From the IMG/VR virus record IMGVR_UViG_3300028840_002431, positions 248,001-312,000 of that record: a stretch of DNA of 64,000 nt. One strand, 5' to 3'. Both the position numbers and the translations under genes were made by a program. Below the pieces are notes generated by a model. It ran no database searches. It saw only the letters and a list, made by a program, of their open reading frames with translations, and was not told where the DNA came from. This document shows positions 26,300 through 35,676 of the stretch, piece after piece (the first letter of the stretch is position 1; every line of letters begins with the position of its first letter).

Positions 26300-26730
26300 T
26301 ATATGGTGGCGTAGTACTCAGCCCACTGCTCGTCCCAGTAGGCGTGGTGCTCTCTCGCACACTCCCGGCATAAAGGAGAGGGGGCGTTAGGATCGGGCGG
26401 TTTATCATCGTACATGACCGCGATCCAGAGAGAGTAATCAGGTTCCACGTAAGCCGTTCGGGAATCTTCTAACTCCACGCCCTCAGTGGAACCACAACGC
26501 TCGCACGCCTCTTTCGTCGGCGGGTATTTTCTTCTGTACGTGTTCTTGCCAGGACTCAGTTTGGCGAACTCCACGTTACCGGAAGTGGCCGTGGTCGTTG
26601 TTACTGGAAGCTGGACATCCCCGTTGGCGTTGGCCTCCACATTATAATCGACCCGGATGGTGTTGTCAGACGCAACCGTGGGGACAGTCAGGTTGTAAAC
26701 TGCGTTGCCGTGATTGAGGATGACCGGCAC
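26296..26730 (-). CDS. Hypothetical protein with CxxC pairs
   Basis: CERC...CREC; internal SLWIAVMYDD. Confidence 0.5.
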   Translation of the reverse strand: MPVILNHGNAVYNLTVPTVASDNTIRVDYNVEANANGDVQLPVTTTTATSGNVEFAKLSPGKNTYRRKYPPTKEACERCGSTEGVELEDSRTAYVEPDYSLWIAVMYDDKPPDPNAPSPLCRECAREHHAYWDEQWAEYYATIY

Positions 26731-26731
26731 A

Positions 26732-27202
26732 CTACCTCGCGCTAACCATATCCACGGCGGCCCGGCAAACGGCGCTCAACGTGTCGCCGCCTGGGACCCG
26801 GTATTTGTTGGCGTAGTAACGCTGGTATCTGACCCTGACCGCGTCAGGGGGAGCGCCGAACACCACCTTGCCTGACTTCTTCCAAAAACCCCACTCATCA
26901 TTGGTCGTGAGCGCTGGCATCGTTTCCATGTCACGCGGAACCCAGAACAGGATACAGTCGGCCCGGTTGAGAGCCTTCTCCTCCCATTCGATTTGAGCGG
27001 TATACACACCCTTCCAGACACCGTCAGCCGGTTCCGGAACGAAAACGTAACCGTCATGACCCATGGCAGCGAGAAGTTGGAGAGCGCGTGGCCTCCAACT
27101 CCCGACCGTCTTGTCACGCGGTGTCGGCCCTGCCAGAAAAATGGATCGGAGCGTCTCTGACCGAAGATACGGAAGAGGCTCAGTGGCGTAGATCTGGATC
27201 AT
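26732..27202 (-). CDS. Nucleoside 2-deoxyribosyltransferase-like protein
   Basis: SIFLAGPTPR..SWR, QIEWE..ADCILFWVPR, TTNDEWG. Confidence 0.8.
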   Translation of the reverse strand: MIQIYATEPLPYLRSETLRSIFLAGPTPRDKTVGSWRPRALQLLAAMGHDGYVFVPEPADGVWKGVYTAQIEWEEKALNRADCILFWVPRDMETMPALTTNDEWGFWKKSGKVVFGAPPDAVRVRYQRYYANKYRVPGGDTLSAVCRAAVDMVSAR

Positions 27203-27369
27203 AGATCACCTTTGCTCTTCACGGCCACAAACCGTTTCAATAGCCTGTTCTCTTCCCGGAGCCGTTTAAGCTCCTTGAGCCATCGGGCGAGTTGCCGGTG
27301 TTCCCGGCCGCAGTCGGTCTTCTCGCGTCCGAGAGTCTCAGCGTGAGATATGGCGGCATCGATCTTCAC
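27199..27369 (-). CDS. Small hypothetical protein (MKIDAAISHA...EHRQLARWLKELK)
   Basis: GTG lies 5 nt after GCGGTGTAAGAC (27375-27386, minus). Confidence 0.55.
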   Translation of the reverse strand: MKIDAAISHAETLGREKTDCGREHRQLARWLKELKRLREENRLLKRFVAVKSKGDL

Positions 27370-27435
27370 ACTAAGTCTTACACCGCTTGTCAAACCCCAG
27401 ACCGAAAACAAAAGTTGAATCGGGCAAAATAAAAG

Positions 27436-27464
27436 TTGAATTCCCCGTATCTCCGGTGTAGTAG
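27436..27464 (+). promoter_or_regulatory. Promoter TTGAAT-17 nt-TAGTAG containing the CCGGTG motif
   Basis: Followed by RBS AAGGAGG and ATG 27482. Confidence 0.7.
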
Positions 27465-27481
27465 TAGTAAGGAGGAACAAC

Positions 27482-28450
27482 ATGCACGGAATCGAATACA
27501 CCAACGACGCATGGTCCATGTTCTACGTCGGAGAGGTCCCCTGGCACGGGTTGGGAAAATCCCTGGAAGACCCTCCGACCATCGAAGATGCCATTCGTTT
27601 CGCGGGGTTAGACTGGAACGTCGAGCGCGTCCAGTTGGTCATGGAGGACACCGGAACCAAGGTCTCGGCCTTTGCCAACGTCCGTTCGACCGACCGGAAG
27701 GTGCTGGGCGTCGTGGGTCCGACCTACCGACCGCTACAGAATATGGACGCTTTCAAGTGGTTCCAGCCTTTCCTGGATTCAGGACAGGTGAGCCTGGAAA
27801 CGGCCGGTAGCCTACGCGGCGGCCGACACGTCTGGGTTCTGGGCCGAGTCAAGAGCGACCCCATCGAGATCGTCAAGAACGACCCGGTGGCGGCTTACAT
27901 TCTGCTCTCCAACTCGCACAACGGAACGGCCAGCATCCGCGCCGGGTTCACTGGCATCCGAGCCGTGTGTATGAACACCCTGGCAGCCGCTCACGACAAC
28001 AAGTCGAGCAAGCTTCTCAAGGTGCGCCACACGGAGAACGCAGTCATGGCTCTGGACGACATCCGTGAGTCGATGGACGTTGCCCGTCGCGAGTTCGTGG
28101 CGACCACGGAGGGCATGAAGCTGATGGCCCGCAAGGGTGTGAGCGTGGAGACCCTCAGGCAGTATGTGAAGGCCGTCTTCGAGCCGAGAATGACCCTCAA
28201 GGACGAGGCCGAGAAGAACGAAAAGCTGGAACGCCAGCTTGCCCGCGTCATCCCGCTCTTCGAGAACGGCCGGGGCACCGACGTACCGGGCGTCAAGGGC
28301 ACCGTGTGGGGCGCTTACAACGCCGTGACCGAGCTTCTGACCTGGGAGCGCGGCCGGTCCAACGACACCCGCCTGGAGAACCTGTGGCTGGGCGACGCCG
28401 GTAACATCGCTCAGAGGGCATACACCGAAGCCGTCAAGATCGCGGCGTAA
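27482..28450 (+). CDS. DUF932/DUF945 family phage/plasmid protein
   Basis: PWHGLG, AGLDWNVE, Y.PLQN..AF, ETAGSLRGGR.VW, LLSNSHNG, R.VC.NTL, GT.WGAYNAVTE. Confidence 0.85.
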   Translation: MHGIEYTNDAWSMFYVGEVPWHGLGKSLEDPPTIEDAIRFAGLDWNVERVQLVMEDTGTKVSAFANVRSTDRKVLGVVGPTYRPLQNMDAFKWFQPFLDSGQVSLETAGSLRGGRHVWVLGRVKSDPIEIVKNDPVAAYILLSNSHNGTASIRAGFTGIRAVCMNTLAAAHDNKSSKLLKVRHTENAVMALDDIRESMDVARREFVATTEGMKLMARKGVSVETLRQYVKAVFEPRMTLKDEAEKNEKLERQLARVIPLFENGRGTDVPGVKGTVWGAYNAVTELLTWERGRSNDTRLENLWLGDAGNIAQRAYTEAVKIAA

Positions 28451-28470
28451 CGATTCTCCGGTCGAAGACA

Positions 28471-28513
28471 GCCGACCGGTGTAATATATAACACCATTAC
28501 GGCACCGGTCGGC
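28471..28513. promoter_or_regulatory. Promoter motif CCGGTGTAATAT nested in inverted repeats
   Basis: GCCGACCGGTG (28471-28481) / CACCGGTCGGC (28503-28513); inner GGTGT...ACACC. Confidence 0.55.
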
Positions 28514-28539
28514 ACACCCGGCCGGTGCTACAGGACCCA

Positions 28540-29940
28540 ATGAAAACCGTCGAGAACCTCAGATACTGGTTCGCGTGCAACAGTTCCAGCACGCACAGCG
28601 TTGTATTCTACCCCGATCGTAAGCTGGAAGATGAGCTTTGCGAGGACGGCGAGTTCGGCTGGCAACCCTTTGTCGCCGCGTCCGACGAGATGAAGAGGAG
28701 TTATCTGGCGTCCATTCTCGATCACCGGCTGGATTACCTTGGAGACGGAGACGCCTCCGAAACCGCAAAGATGATCGTCGATCATCTTTTCCCATCGGTG
28801 ATGACCGGCTTCATCGACCATCAATCAGTGCCCGTAATCCCTCGACGCTACGGATCGTCGGAGCCGCACTACGACTTCTTCCATGAGATGGTCTCGTACG
28901 TCATGAGAGAAGGCGTCGTCATCCACGGCGGAAACGACAACGGAGATATAAACGATAATACGACGCCCCCGGCGACCAATATAGAATGGTACCGGCAGAT
29001 ACCACTGGACTCACGGGATGATAAGTGGGTCTGCCGTCAAGAGGGCGACTGGTGGCTCCTGTTCAACCACGAAGAGGGTATCAAAGCGACCGTCTCGTTC
29101 GAGGACAACCCCCGGCCCAGACCTTACGCCATGGTCCCGGAACTGGTCGATCTCAAGATCACCGACTTTTGCCCCTACGCTTGCCCCTGGTGTTATCAGG
29201 GAAGCACCCACAAGGGAGGTTTTGCAGAAAACGTCTCTAGCTGGCTCTACGCCTTTCACAGAATGGGTGTCTTCGAGGTTGCCATCGGTGGTGGTGAGCC
29301 GACTCTACACCCGGAATTCAAGCAAATCGTGGGCCACTCGTTGACCGATCTGAGAGTCAACTTCTCCACCCGTAACCTTGACTGGGTCTGCCACAATGCC
29401 CGGCTGATCAGAGAACACTGCGGTGGTTTTGCTTTCTCCGTGGACGGCGACCTTCACAAACACCTGGATGTGATCAGGGCGTTGAAAGAAGCCGAACTGT
29501 TGGAGAAGGCTACCCTACAGTACGTAATGGGAACGGGAACGGACTACGACTTCGAGAATCTCGTCGAAGACTGTAGCAAGCACAACGTCCGCCTGACGCT
29601 GCTTGGCTACAAAGTGACCGGGCGTGGAGCACACGCACGAGGCAATTTACCAGTGACGCCGGTCCAGGACGGAGACGAGTGGATCGAGATCGTCAATAAG
29701 CACAGCTACAACCTCGCTATCGACACAACTCTCGCTGCCCGCGTCCCTAAAGAAGTCTTCGACGAAACCCTCCTCCGGAGAACAGAAGGCACCCATAGCA
29801 TGTACGTTGATGCTGTGACATCGACGGCGGGTCCTTCCAGTTACGTGCCACAAAACGAGATGGTATCGCTCAGTGGCCGAAGACTCCAAGAGAGCCTCCT
29901 CAACGCCTTCGAGTCCTTCCAGACCAGGAGCACAAAATGA
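28540..29940 (+). CDS. Radical SAM protein with N-terminal 'NSSSTHS' domain
   Basis: CPYACPWC, EVAIGGGEPTLHP. Confidence 0.85.
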   Translation: MKTVENLRYWFACNSSSTHSVVFYPDRKLEDELCEDGEFGWQPFVAASDEMKRSYLASILDHRLDYLGDGDASETAKMIVDHLFPSVMTGFIDHQSVPVIPRRYGSSEPHYDFFHEMVSYVMREGVVIHGGNDNGDINDNTTPPATNIEWYRQIPLDSRDDKWVCRQEGDWWLLFNHEEGIKATVSFEDNPRPRPYAMVPELVDLKITDFCPYACPWCYQGSTHKGGFAENVSSWLYAFHRMGVFEVAIGGGEPTLHPEFKQIVGHSLTDLRVNFSTRNLDWVCHNARLIREHCGGFAFSVDGDLHKHLDVIRALKEAELLEKATLQYVMGTGTDYDFENLVEDCSKHNVRLTLLGYKVTGRGAHARGNLPVTPVQDGDEWIEIVNKHSYNLAIDTTLAARVPKEVFDETLLRRTEGTHSMYVDAVTSTAGPSSYVPQNEMVSLSGRRLQESLLNAFESFQTRSTK

Positions 29941-30164
29941 AACGACTCATCGAGATCATCGTCGTCGCTGCGATCCTTATCATCGGAGGCGCGGTGACGT
30001 GGTACCCAGCCAAACACCTACGCCCAGCGCGGGCTACCTCGTATAACGAAGGGGAGCAACGAGAACGGCTGATAAGAGCCTACCAGGAGCAAACCAAGGC
30101 GCTCAGGGAACAAACCAGGGCGCTTCAATCCATAGCCACGAGTCTTAAACGGAAGTGTAAGTGA
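29937..30164 (+). CDS. Small membrane-anchored protein
   Basis: N-terminal TM helix then coiled coil; ATGA overlap. Confidence 0.55.
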   Translation: MKRLIEIIVVAAILIIGGAVTWYPAKHLRPARATSYNEGEQRERLIRAYQEQTKALREQTRALQSIATSLKRKCK

Positions 30165-30826
30165 TGGAGTTCTCAATAAAAGAAGAAACCGCGATCCTCG
30201 AAAACAGCAAGCTCCCGGATTTGCTGGGGGACCTCCTGGATAGCGTAAAGATGCAGTACGTTATCGGGGAAGCTCGTTATTACCACACCTGGGACCACGC
30301 CTTGGCGACCCTATCATGGGTCAACTGGGTTAACGAGTCTGTTCCGGCCTACGCAATGGCCCCCTTCTCTCGTTCTGACCTGTGTGTGGCCGCATTGTAT
30401 CATGACGCTGTCTATACGGCTCAGGGGTCTCCCGGTAACGAGAAAGCGAGTGCCGACCTTCTCGAAAAACAATGCCACGGAAAGATAGCCATCGAACGGC
30501 CGAGAGAACTCATCATGCTCACGGCCGAGCACGGAAAGATCGAGGCCAACGACGACCGGTTGTGTGACGCCTCACGGCTATTCCTGGACTGCGACATCGC
30601 CAGCTTCGGGGAACCCCGTTGGGATATTTTTCTCGCGACCAACGACGACATCGAGGCAGAACTATTGGCACACCACGAGGAGGACGTGGTCAAAGAAGGC
30701 CGACTCAAGTTCCTGAAAATGATGCTCAACAAGGAGAGCATCTTTCTGTCCGACCACTTTCAGGTTCGGTACGAAGTACAGGCTCGTTACAACATTCGTC
30801 GTCTCATTCGGCTATTGAGCGACTAA
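30161..30826 (+). CDS. HD-superfamily metal-dependent phosphohydrolase
   Basis: RYYHTWDH, ALYHDAVY, NEKASA, FLDCDIA. Confidence 0.8.
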   Translation: MMEFSIKEETAILENSKLPDLLGDLLDSVKMQYVIGEARYYHTWDHALATLSWVNWVNESVPAYAMAPFSRSDLCVAALYHDAVYTAQGSPGNEKASADLLEKQCHGKIAIERPRELIMLTAEHGKIEANDDRLCDASRLFLDCDIASFGEPRWDIFLATNDDIEAELLAHHEEDVVKEGRLKFLKMMLNKESIFLSDHFQVRYEVQARYNIRRLIRLLSD

Positions 30827-30838
30827 CCGGAGGCAACC

Positions 30839-31033
30839 ATGGCAGCAACCGAGATCCAAGACACGACCATACGGCAGAAGCGAGGACGGCTGGTCCTTAC
30901 CAACGCCTTCTTCAAATGCACCGGCCCCTGCGGGAGGACGAAACCCGCCTCAGAGTTTGGTGTCCGTAAGATGCCCAACGGCGAGACCCGGAACCAGTCC
31001 CAGTGTAAGAAGTGTCGCGGAGAGTACAAATAA
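30839..31033 (+). CDS. Small zinc-finger protein
   Basis: CTGPC...QCKKC; RBS GGAGG. Confidence 0.55.
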   Translation: MAATEIQDTTIRQKRGRLVLTNAFFKCTGPCGRTKPASEFGVRKMPNGETRNQSQCKKCRGEYK

Positions 31034-31069
31034 ACCTTAGGCTCCCCAAACCACACGTGTAGCAGGAGT

Positions 31070-31690
31070 ATGGACCGCTTCCCGAAAATGGTAGAGATTG
31101 TCTCCCCTGGCAAGAGCGGGGACGCCGAGATACGACACACCACGGTTTCCAGGGAGGCTTCCAGGTTCACGGCCTTGCGCCCCGGTGGCTTCGTCCCGGC
31201 CGGGAAGTACGCCGAATTGCTCGTGGATGGCGCACTCGTTATGTCCGACACCCGGCACGAGCACATCACCAACATCGACGCTGTGTTAGCCTCGCAAGGT
31301 CACGTCCTCATTGGTGGCCTGGGGTTGGGGATGATCTGCCACCCCATCGCCGCCAAGAAAGGCGTCACCAAGATCACTGTTGTCGAGCGAAACAAAGGGG
31401 TCATCGATTTGGTGTCTCCCACGCTACCGAAGAAGGTCGAGGTCATCCACAGCGACATCTTTGACTACAAGCCTGAGAAGGGTGCCAAGTTCGACACCAT
31501 CTATTTCGACATCTGGACCGACATCTGCACCGACGCCCTCCCGGACATGGGCAAGCTTCTCCGCCGTTTCCGGAAGTATTTGGCCGATGACGGCTGGATC
31601 AATTGCTGGTGCCGGGACCGTCTCAAGAGCGAGCGCCGTCGGGAACTGGCCGAAGAAAGAGAGTACCGGGCACATGGAATACGAATATAA
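31070..31690 (+). CDS. Class I SAM-dependent methyltransferase (spermidine synthase-like fold)
   Basis: VLIGGLGLG, ITVVE, FDTIYFDIW. Confidence 0.8.
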   Translation: MDRFPKMVEIVSPGKSGDAEIRHTTVSREASRFTALRPGGFVPAGKYAELLVDGALVMSDTRHEHITNIDAVLASQGHVLIGGLGLGMICHPIAAKKGVTKITVVERNKGVIDLVSPTLPKKVEVIHSDIFDYKPEKGAKFDTIYFDIWTDICTDALPDMGKLLRRFRKYLADDGWINCWCRDRLKSERRRELAEEREYRAHGIRI

Positions 31691-31832
31691 GATCGAACGC
31701 TGGTTCGATTACAACGAGCGGTCTCTCAACGCCATGTCAGAGAAGGGGTGGCAGTTGGTCACGGTTTTCACCACACTCAGGCGCGGCTTAGGGACCGAGT
31801 ACGTCTGCACCTTCCGGAGGAAATGTGCCTAA
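31674..31832 (+). CDS. DUF4177-like small protein
   Basis: MEYEYKI...LNAMSEKGWQLV. Confidence 0.5.
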   Translation: MEYEYKIERWFDYNERSLNAMSEKGWQLVTVFTTLRRGLGTEYVCTFRRKCA

Positions 31833-32985
31833 CGTCTTATTCGTCGGTGGGTGGTTCGACAAAAAGGGCGGCCATCCCTCAAGGATCGTCCGGAAGTTGG
31901 CCTACGGCCTGTACGAAACCATCAACGGCGGGACTATCCAGGACCTGGAAGAGGTGCTCGATACCGTCCACCGGTATGACGCTGTCGTGTGGATGCCCCA
32001 CATATCCAACTCCGAGACAAAACTTCTTCCCCGGATCAAAGAAAACGCGCCTCGCATCGTCCTCATTAGCTCCAAGCGTAACGACCGCAGAAAGTACGAG
32101 TTCGAACACGTTATCGACCGGGCGTTGAAATCCAAGTCTCAACTGCTTATCGAGATCAGGGACTCGCCGCTATCCAACACGGCCAGATGTTACGATCTGA
32201 GGCTCGTAGACCCGCTGGGCAACGTGTCCGAATGGTTTACCACCGGCCGCATTAACGAACAGGGCGAGGAGGAGATCGCGGAGTTCCGTTGTCTCCTGTA
32301 CGAGCGAATCCAATTCCTGTTGAGAATGAAAAGAGTTAAGTCAGTCTGTAGCGCTCTCCAACCCCTTGAAAAGGCTCGTCTCGATCGGCGGTTCATGAAA
32401 GCGATTCAGAAGTACGCGGACAGATTCCACGAGTTAATCCACGGTGATAACGAGAACCCACGCTTCATGGGTAACGCCTCATTCCGATGCACGAAGGGCG
32501 GCTTCCCTTCCCAGCGGACGGAGCACGCCATCTACGTCAGTCGGCGCAATGTTGACAAGCGCTGCCTCGATTCAGACGGCTTCGTCGCCGTGGACAACAC
32601 CCTTGAACACTCCCGCATGATGCGCAGATCCCCCAGCCACCTGAGAAAAGAGATTAGTGAGCAGTCTGTCATGTACTGGGGTGAGAACAAGCCCTCCGTG
32701 GATACGCCGGTCCAGGTCGAGTTGTACCGGCTCTTCCCAAACATCAACTTCATGCTCCACGCTCACGTCTACCATAAGGACGGCGTGATGACGGCCCGGT
32801 ACGTGCCTTGTGGAGATCTCCGAGAGGTAGACGAAGTCGTGAACGCAATCGGAGACCCAGAGGCAAAACGCTTCATCGTGAACCTCAAAGGGCACGGTTG
32901 TATTCTGGCCAGCGAGAACGTGGAAGACCTTCTCGACCAGGAACCCAACTTCCGGGCCAGACCCACGGAAGAAAAGACGCTATGA
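31825..32985 (+). CDS. Protein with C-terminal class II aldolase/adducin-like domain
   Basis: GNASFR, KPSVDTPVQ, MLHAH, NLKGHG. Confidence 0.65.
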   Translation: MPNVLFVGGWFDKKGGHPSRIVRKLAYGLYETINGGTIQDLEEVLDTVHRYDAVVWMPHISNSETKLLPRIKENAPRIVLISSKRNDRRKYEFEHVIDRALKSKSQLLIEIRDSPLSNTARCYDLRLVDPLGNVSEWFTTGRINEQGEEEIAEFRCLLYERIQFLLRMKRVKSVCSALQPLEKARLDRRFMKAIQKYADRFHELIHGDNENPRFMGNASFRCTKGGFPSQRTEHAIYVSRRNVDKRCLDSDGFVAVDNTLEHSRMMRRSPSHLRKEISEQSVMYWGENKPSVDTPVQVELYRLFPNINFMLHAHVYHKDGVMTARYVPCGDLREVDEVVNAIGDPEAKRFIVNLKGHGCILASENVEDLLDQEPNFRARPTEEKTL

Positions 32986-34088
32986 CAGACTTCGACTGGT
33001 CCGTATACGACCTTGAAACCTCCTGGCTTCCCGAGCAGACGATCTACGTCACACGCCATGGGTCACAGGCGTACGGAACGTCACGGCCCGACAGCGATCT
33101 GGATCTTCGGGGTATCGCTGTCTCTCCCATGAGGTATTACCTGGGAGTGGGGGAGGGCTTCGAGCAAGAGGTCATCCGCGAACCGGACGACTTGACGGTA
33201 TACGATATACGCAAGTTTCTAACACTGGCCAAGGTTGCCAACCCAAACGTCCTCGAACTTCTCTACACAGAGCCGGAAGACCATCTAGTGGTTCACCCGG
33301 TTATGAGGTCCTTGTTCGATATCCGAGACACGTTTCTCACCCAGAAGGTCAAGCATACCTTCTCCGGGTACAGCCGAGCGCAGATGAAGCGGATTCGTAC
33401 CCATCGCCGCTGGCTGATGGACCCGCCAACGACCCCTCCCACGCGAGCCGAGTATGATCTCCCGGAGCGAACTGTGATCCCGGCCGACCAGCTTGCGGCG
33501 GCTCAGGCGGCGGTCCAGAAGCAAATCGACCAATGGTCCTGGCACGAGATGGAAAACCTGGAACCGGCCCTACGCCGGTCCCTGCAAGACGAGTTCACCC
33601 GACGCCTGTTGGAGATCACCCAGTGGTCCTGGGAAGAAATCGATGACAAGGTCTGGTTCGCCGCTTCCAGGGCCGTGGGCCTGGACACCAATTTCATCGA
33701 ACTGTTGGACCGTGAGCGCCGGTACACGGGTGCCCAACGGGAGTGGGCCAACTACCAACGGTGGAAGAAAGAACGTAACCCGGCGCGAGCCGCCCTGGAA
33801 GCCAAGCACGGGTACGACACCAAACACGCCATGCACCTCGTGAGACTCGCCCGCATGTGCCGGGAGATCCTCACGGAGGGTGTTGTCAGGGTCCGTCGTC
33901 CCGACGCCGAAGACCTGTTGACCATCCGGGACGGGGCATGGACTTACGACCAGCTTGTCGAGTTCTCCGACAAGCAAGACGCCGAATTGGACGCCCTTCT
34001 CAAAACCTGTTCGCTGCCGTGGGGTGTTGACGAACGGCAAATCAGCAAAACCTGTATGGAGATTATCCTACACTTTCAAGGAGCATGA
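32982..34088 (+). CDS. Pol-beta superfamily nucleotidyltransferase (RlaP/YcgL-like)
   Basis: HGSQAYGTSRPDSDLDLRG, NPNVLELL, GYDTKHAMHLVRL; ATGA overlap at 32982. Confidence 0.85.
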   Translation: MTDFDWSVYDLETSWLPEQTIYVTRHGSQAYGTSRPDSDLDLRGIAVSPMRYYLGVGEGFEQEVIREPDDLTVYDIRKFLTLAKVANPNVLELLYTEPEDHLVVHPVMRSLFDIRDTFLTQKVKHTFSGYSRAQMKRIRTHRRWLMDPPTTPPTRAEYDLPERTVIPADQLAAAQAAVQKQIDQWSWHEMENLEPALRRSLQDEFTRRLLEITQWSWEEIDDKVWFAASRAVGLDTNFIELLDRERRYTGAQREWANYQRWKKERNPARAALEAKHGYDTKHAMHLVRLARMCREILTEGVVRVRRPDAEDLLTIRDGAWTYDQLVEFSDKQDAELDALLKTCSLPWGVDERQISKTCMEIILHFQGA

Positions 34089-34089
34089 A

Positions 34090-34326
34090 ATGGAGATACC
34101 GACCCTGGAAGAGATGCCTCATTACGTAGTCGCCTTGAACCCGGACACCGGAAAATACGAGTCCGTCACGGACAAACCGTTCCTCCTGGTAGAGAAAGCG
34201 GCAGAGGTCCGGGATCGGATTTCTGCCGATCGCAAACCGAGCGTCGTCTACGACTCCCGAGGCATCGGCGTTTTCCTGGCCGAGAAAAACGCAGAGTTAA
34301 GTTCGACGAAGCCCCTGGAAAGCTAA
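34090..34326 (+). CDS. Small hypothetical protein
   Basis: RBS AGGAG; start MEIPTL. Confidence 0.5.
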   Translation: MEIPTLEEMPHYVVALNPDTGKYESVTDKPFLLVEKAAEVRDRISADRKPSVVYDSRGIGVFLAEKNAELSSTKPLES

Positions 34327-34355
34327 GCCCCAAAGCTTTCGGCTCCGTCAATCCT

Positions 34356-34393
34356 GAAACCCCGCTGGTCCCCCCGCCAGCGGGGTTTCTTTT
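34356..34393 (+). terminator. Intrinsic terminator
   Basis: GAAACCCCGCTGG / CCAGCGGGGTTTC 13-bp stem followed by TTTT at the end of a long plus-strand block. Confidence 0.8.
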
Positions 34394-34440
34394 GTAAGAA
34401 CAACATGGATATAGATCGTTCACAACGAGGAGAGGCTTGT

Positions 34441-35091
34441 ATGATTAGTGACGTTCTGTCCGACGCTATCCACGCGATCAAAGAGTATAGAAGGCACCCT
34501 GGAACGAGGGATGCGTACTCAGACCCTAAGATCTCTCGAAAAATTGACCGGGTCGTGAAAGTCATGGACGACCTTAGGAGTGAACTCGACACCCCTCCTC
34601 GTATCGCGAGTTATGATCGCCGGGCGTCAACTCCAGGTGTCCGCGAACGCCAAAGAGCCAAGAAGGACTTAGTCAATGCCTTATTCACCCAATACCCGAA
34701 CGTCCCCAAGAAAGAGCTTGGTAAGCTCGTGGATTCAGCAATTAGCGGCGTGGGATACAAGGCGAAAGAACTCAACAAGCGAAAGTCAGCGTCGGAACGG
34801 GTGGCCCGCCAATCCGGAAGGGAGATTTTCTACTCCATCGTTCCTGAGAGGCAAGCCGTTCGGCTTTATGACAAGTTGGAGAAAGAAGACGAACAGTCGG
34901 CCCAACTGTTTCTAGACGTGATCCAGGAGCTTCAAGACCAGTTGGACATCAGTCCCGGAGCGGAGTCGGCCCTGAGCAGAATCCGCAACGTGGTGGATAA
35001 GGGGTCAAGTTGGGACGCAGCACTCATTCGGAACAATGTGTTCAAGGCAGCCAACTCGTTGGGTATGAAGCTGCCGTCTCACATGTTCTAA
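34441..35091 (+). CDS. Multi-segment hypothetical protein (candidate virion protein)
   Basis: RBS GGAGAGG; junctions PRIASYDRRA and KSASERVARQSG. Confidence 0.6.
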   Translation: MISDVLSDAIHAIKEYRRHPGTRDAYSDPKISRKIDRVVKVMDDLRSELDTPPRIASYDRRASTPGVRERQRAKKDLVNALFTQYPNVPKKELGKLVDSAISGVGYKAKELNKRKSASERVARQSGREIFYSIVPERQAVRLYDKLEKEDEQSAQLFLDVIQELQDQLDISPGAESALSRIRNVVDKGSSWDAALIRNNVFKAANSLGMKLPSHMF

Positions 35092-35101
35092 GGGGTTATC
35101 C

Positions 35102-35659
35102 ATGAGTGAATATGACAAGATGATCGCGGAGTTAGAAGATGAGTTTCCGAAGTTCCGGCTCATAGAGAAGAAAGATAGCTTCATGATGAAAGCTATCGAC
35201 ATCTTTCTCAAGGTCATCACCTTCTGGAAGATGAAAAGCTTCATGACCAAGTTCACAACCACGGTTGGTTATCTAGTGTACACACCATCCGGCTGGGGAA
35301 AGATGGACAAGGTCGGAATACTAGACCACGAGCGCGACCACATGAGAAGGATGCGTAAGGTCGGCCGGATCTGGTTCACCATCTCCTACCTTGCCGTGTG
35401 GTTCCCTGTGGGGCTTGCCTACTACCGAAAAGAATACGAGCAGTCGGCGTATGAAATAACCATGCGTCGTGTTGCGAAAAGATTCGGAATAGAGACGATC
35501 GAGGGCGACGCATACAAGAACCACATGATCAAGCGCTTCACTGGCCCGAAGTACGTATGGACGTGGCCGTTCCGAAAAGACATGGAAAAGTGGTACGACG
35601 GGGCTGTCAAAAAGATCAGGTTGGAGATGGGCCTTCCGCCGAAGGACAAAGCTGCCTGA
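35102..35659 (+). CDS. Putative HExxH metallopeptidase-like membrane protein
   Basis: ILDHERDH, hydrophobic segment, YEQSAY. Confidence 0.55.
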   Translation: MSEYDKMIAELEDEFPKFRLIEKKDSFMMKAIDIFLKVITFWKMKSFMTKFTTTVGYLVYTPSGWGKMDKVGILDHERDHMRRMRKVGRIWFTISYLAVWFPVGLAYYRKEYEQSAYEITMRRVAKRFGIETIEGDAYKNHMIKRFTGPKYVWTWPFRKDMEKWYDGAVKKIRLEMGLPPKDKAA

Positions 35660-35676
35660 TGGTGTAGCTATCGGGC

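Noticed and set aside
27812-28540. Long antisense ORFs (also 9849-10742, 12723-13613, 17319-18086, 46903-47823, 57079-57918, 61079-61864)
   Set aside because: They are shadows of well-supported genes on the opposite strand in GC-rich DNA, with no motifs or RBS.
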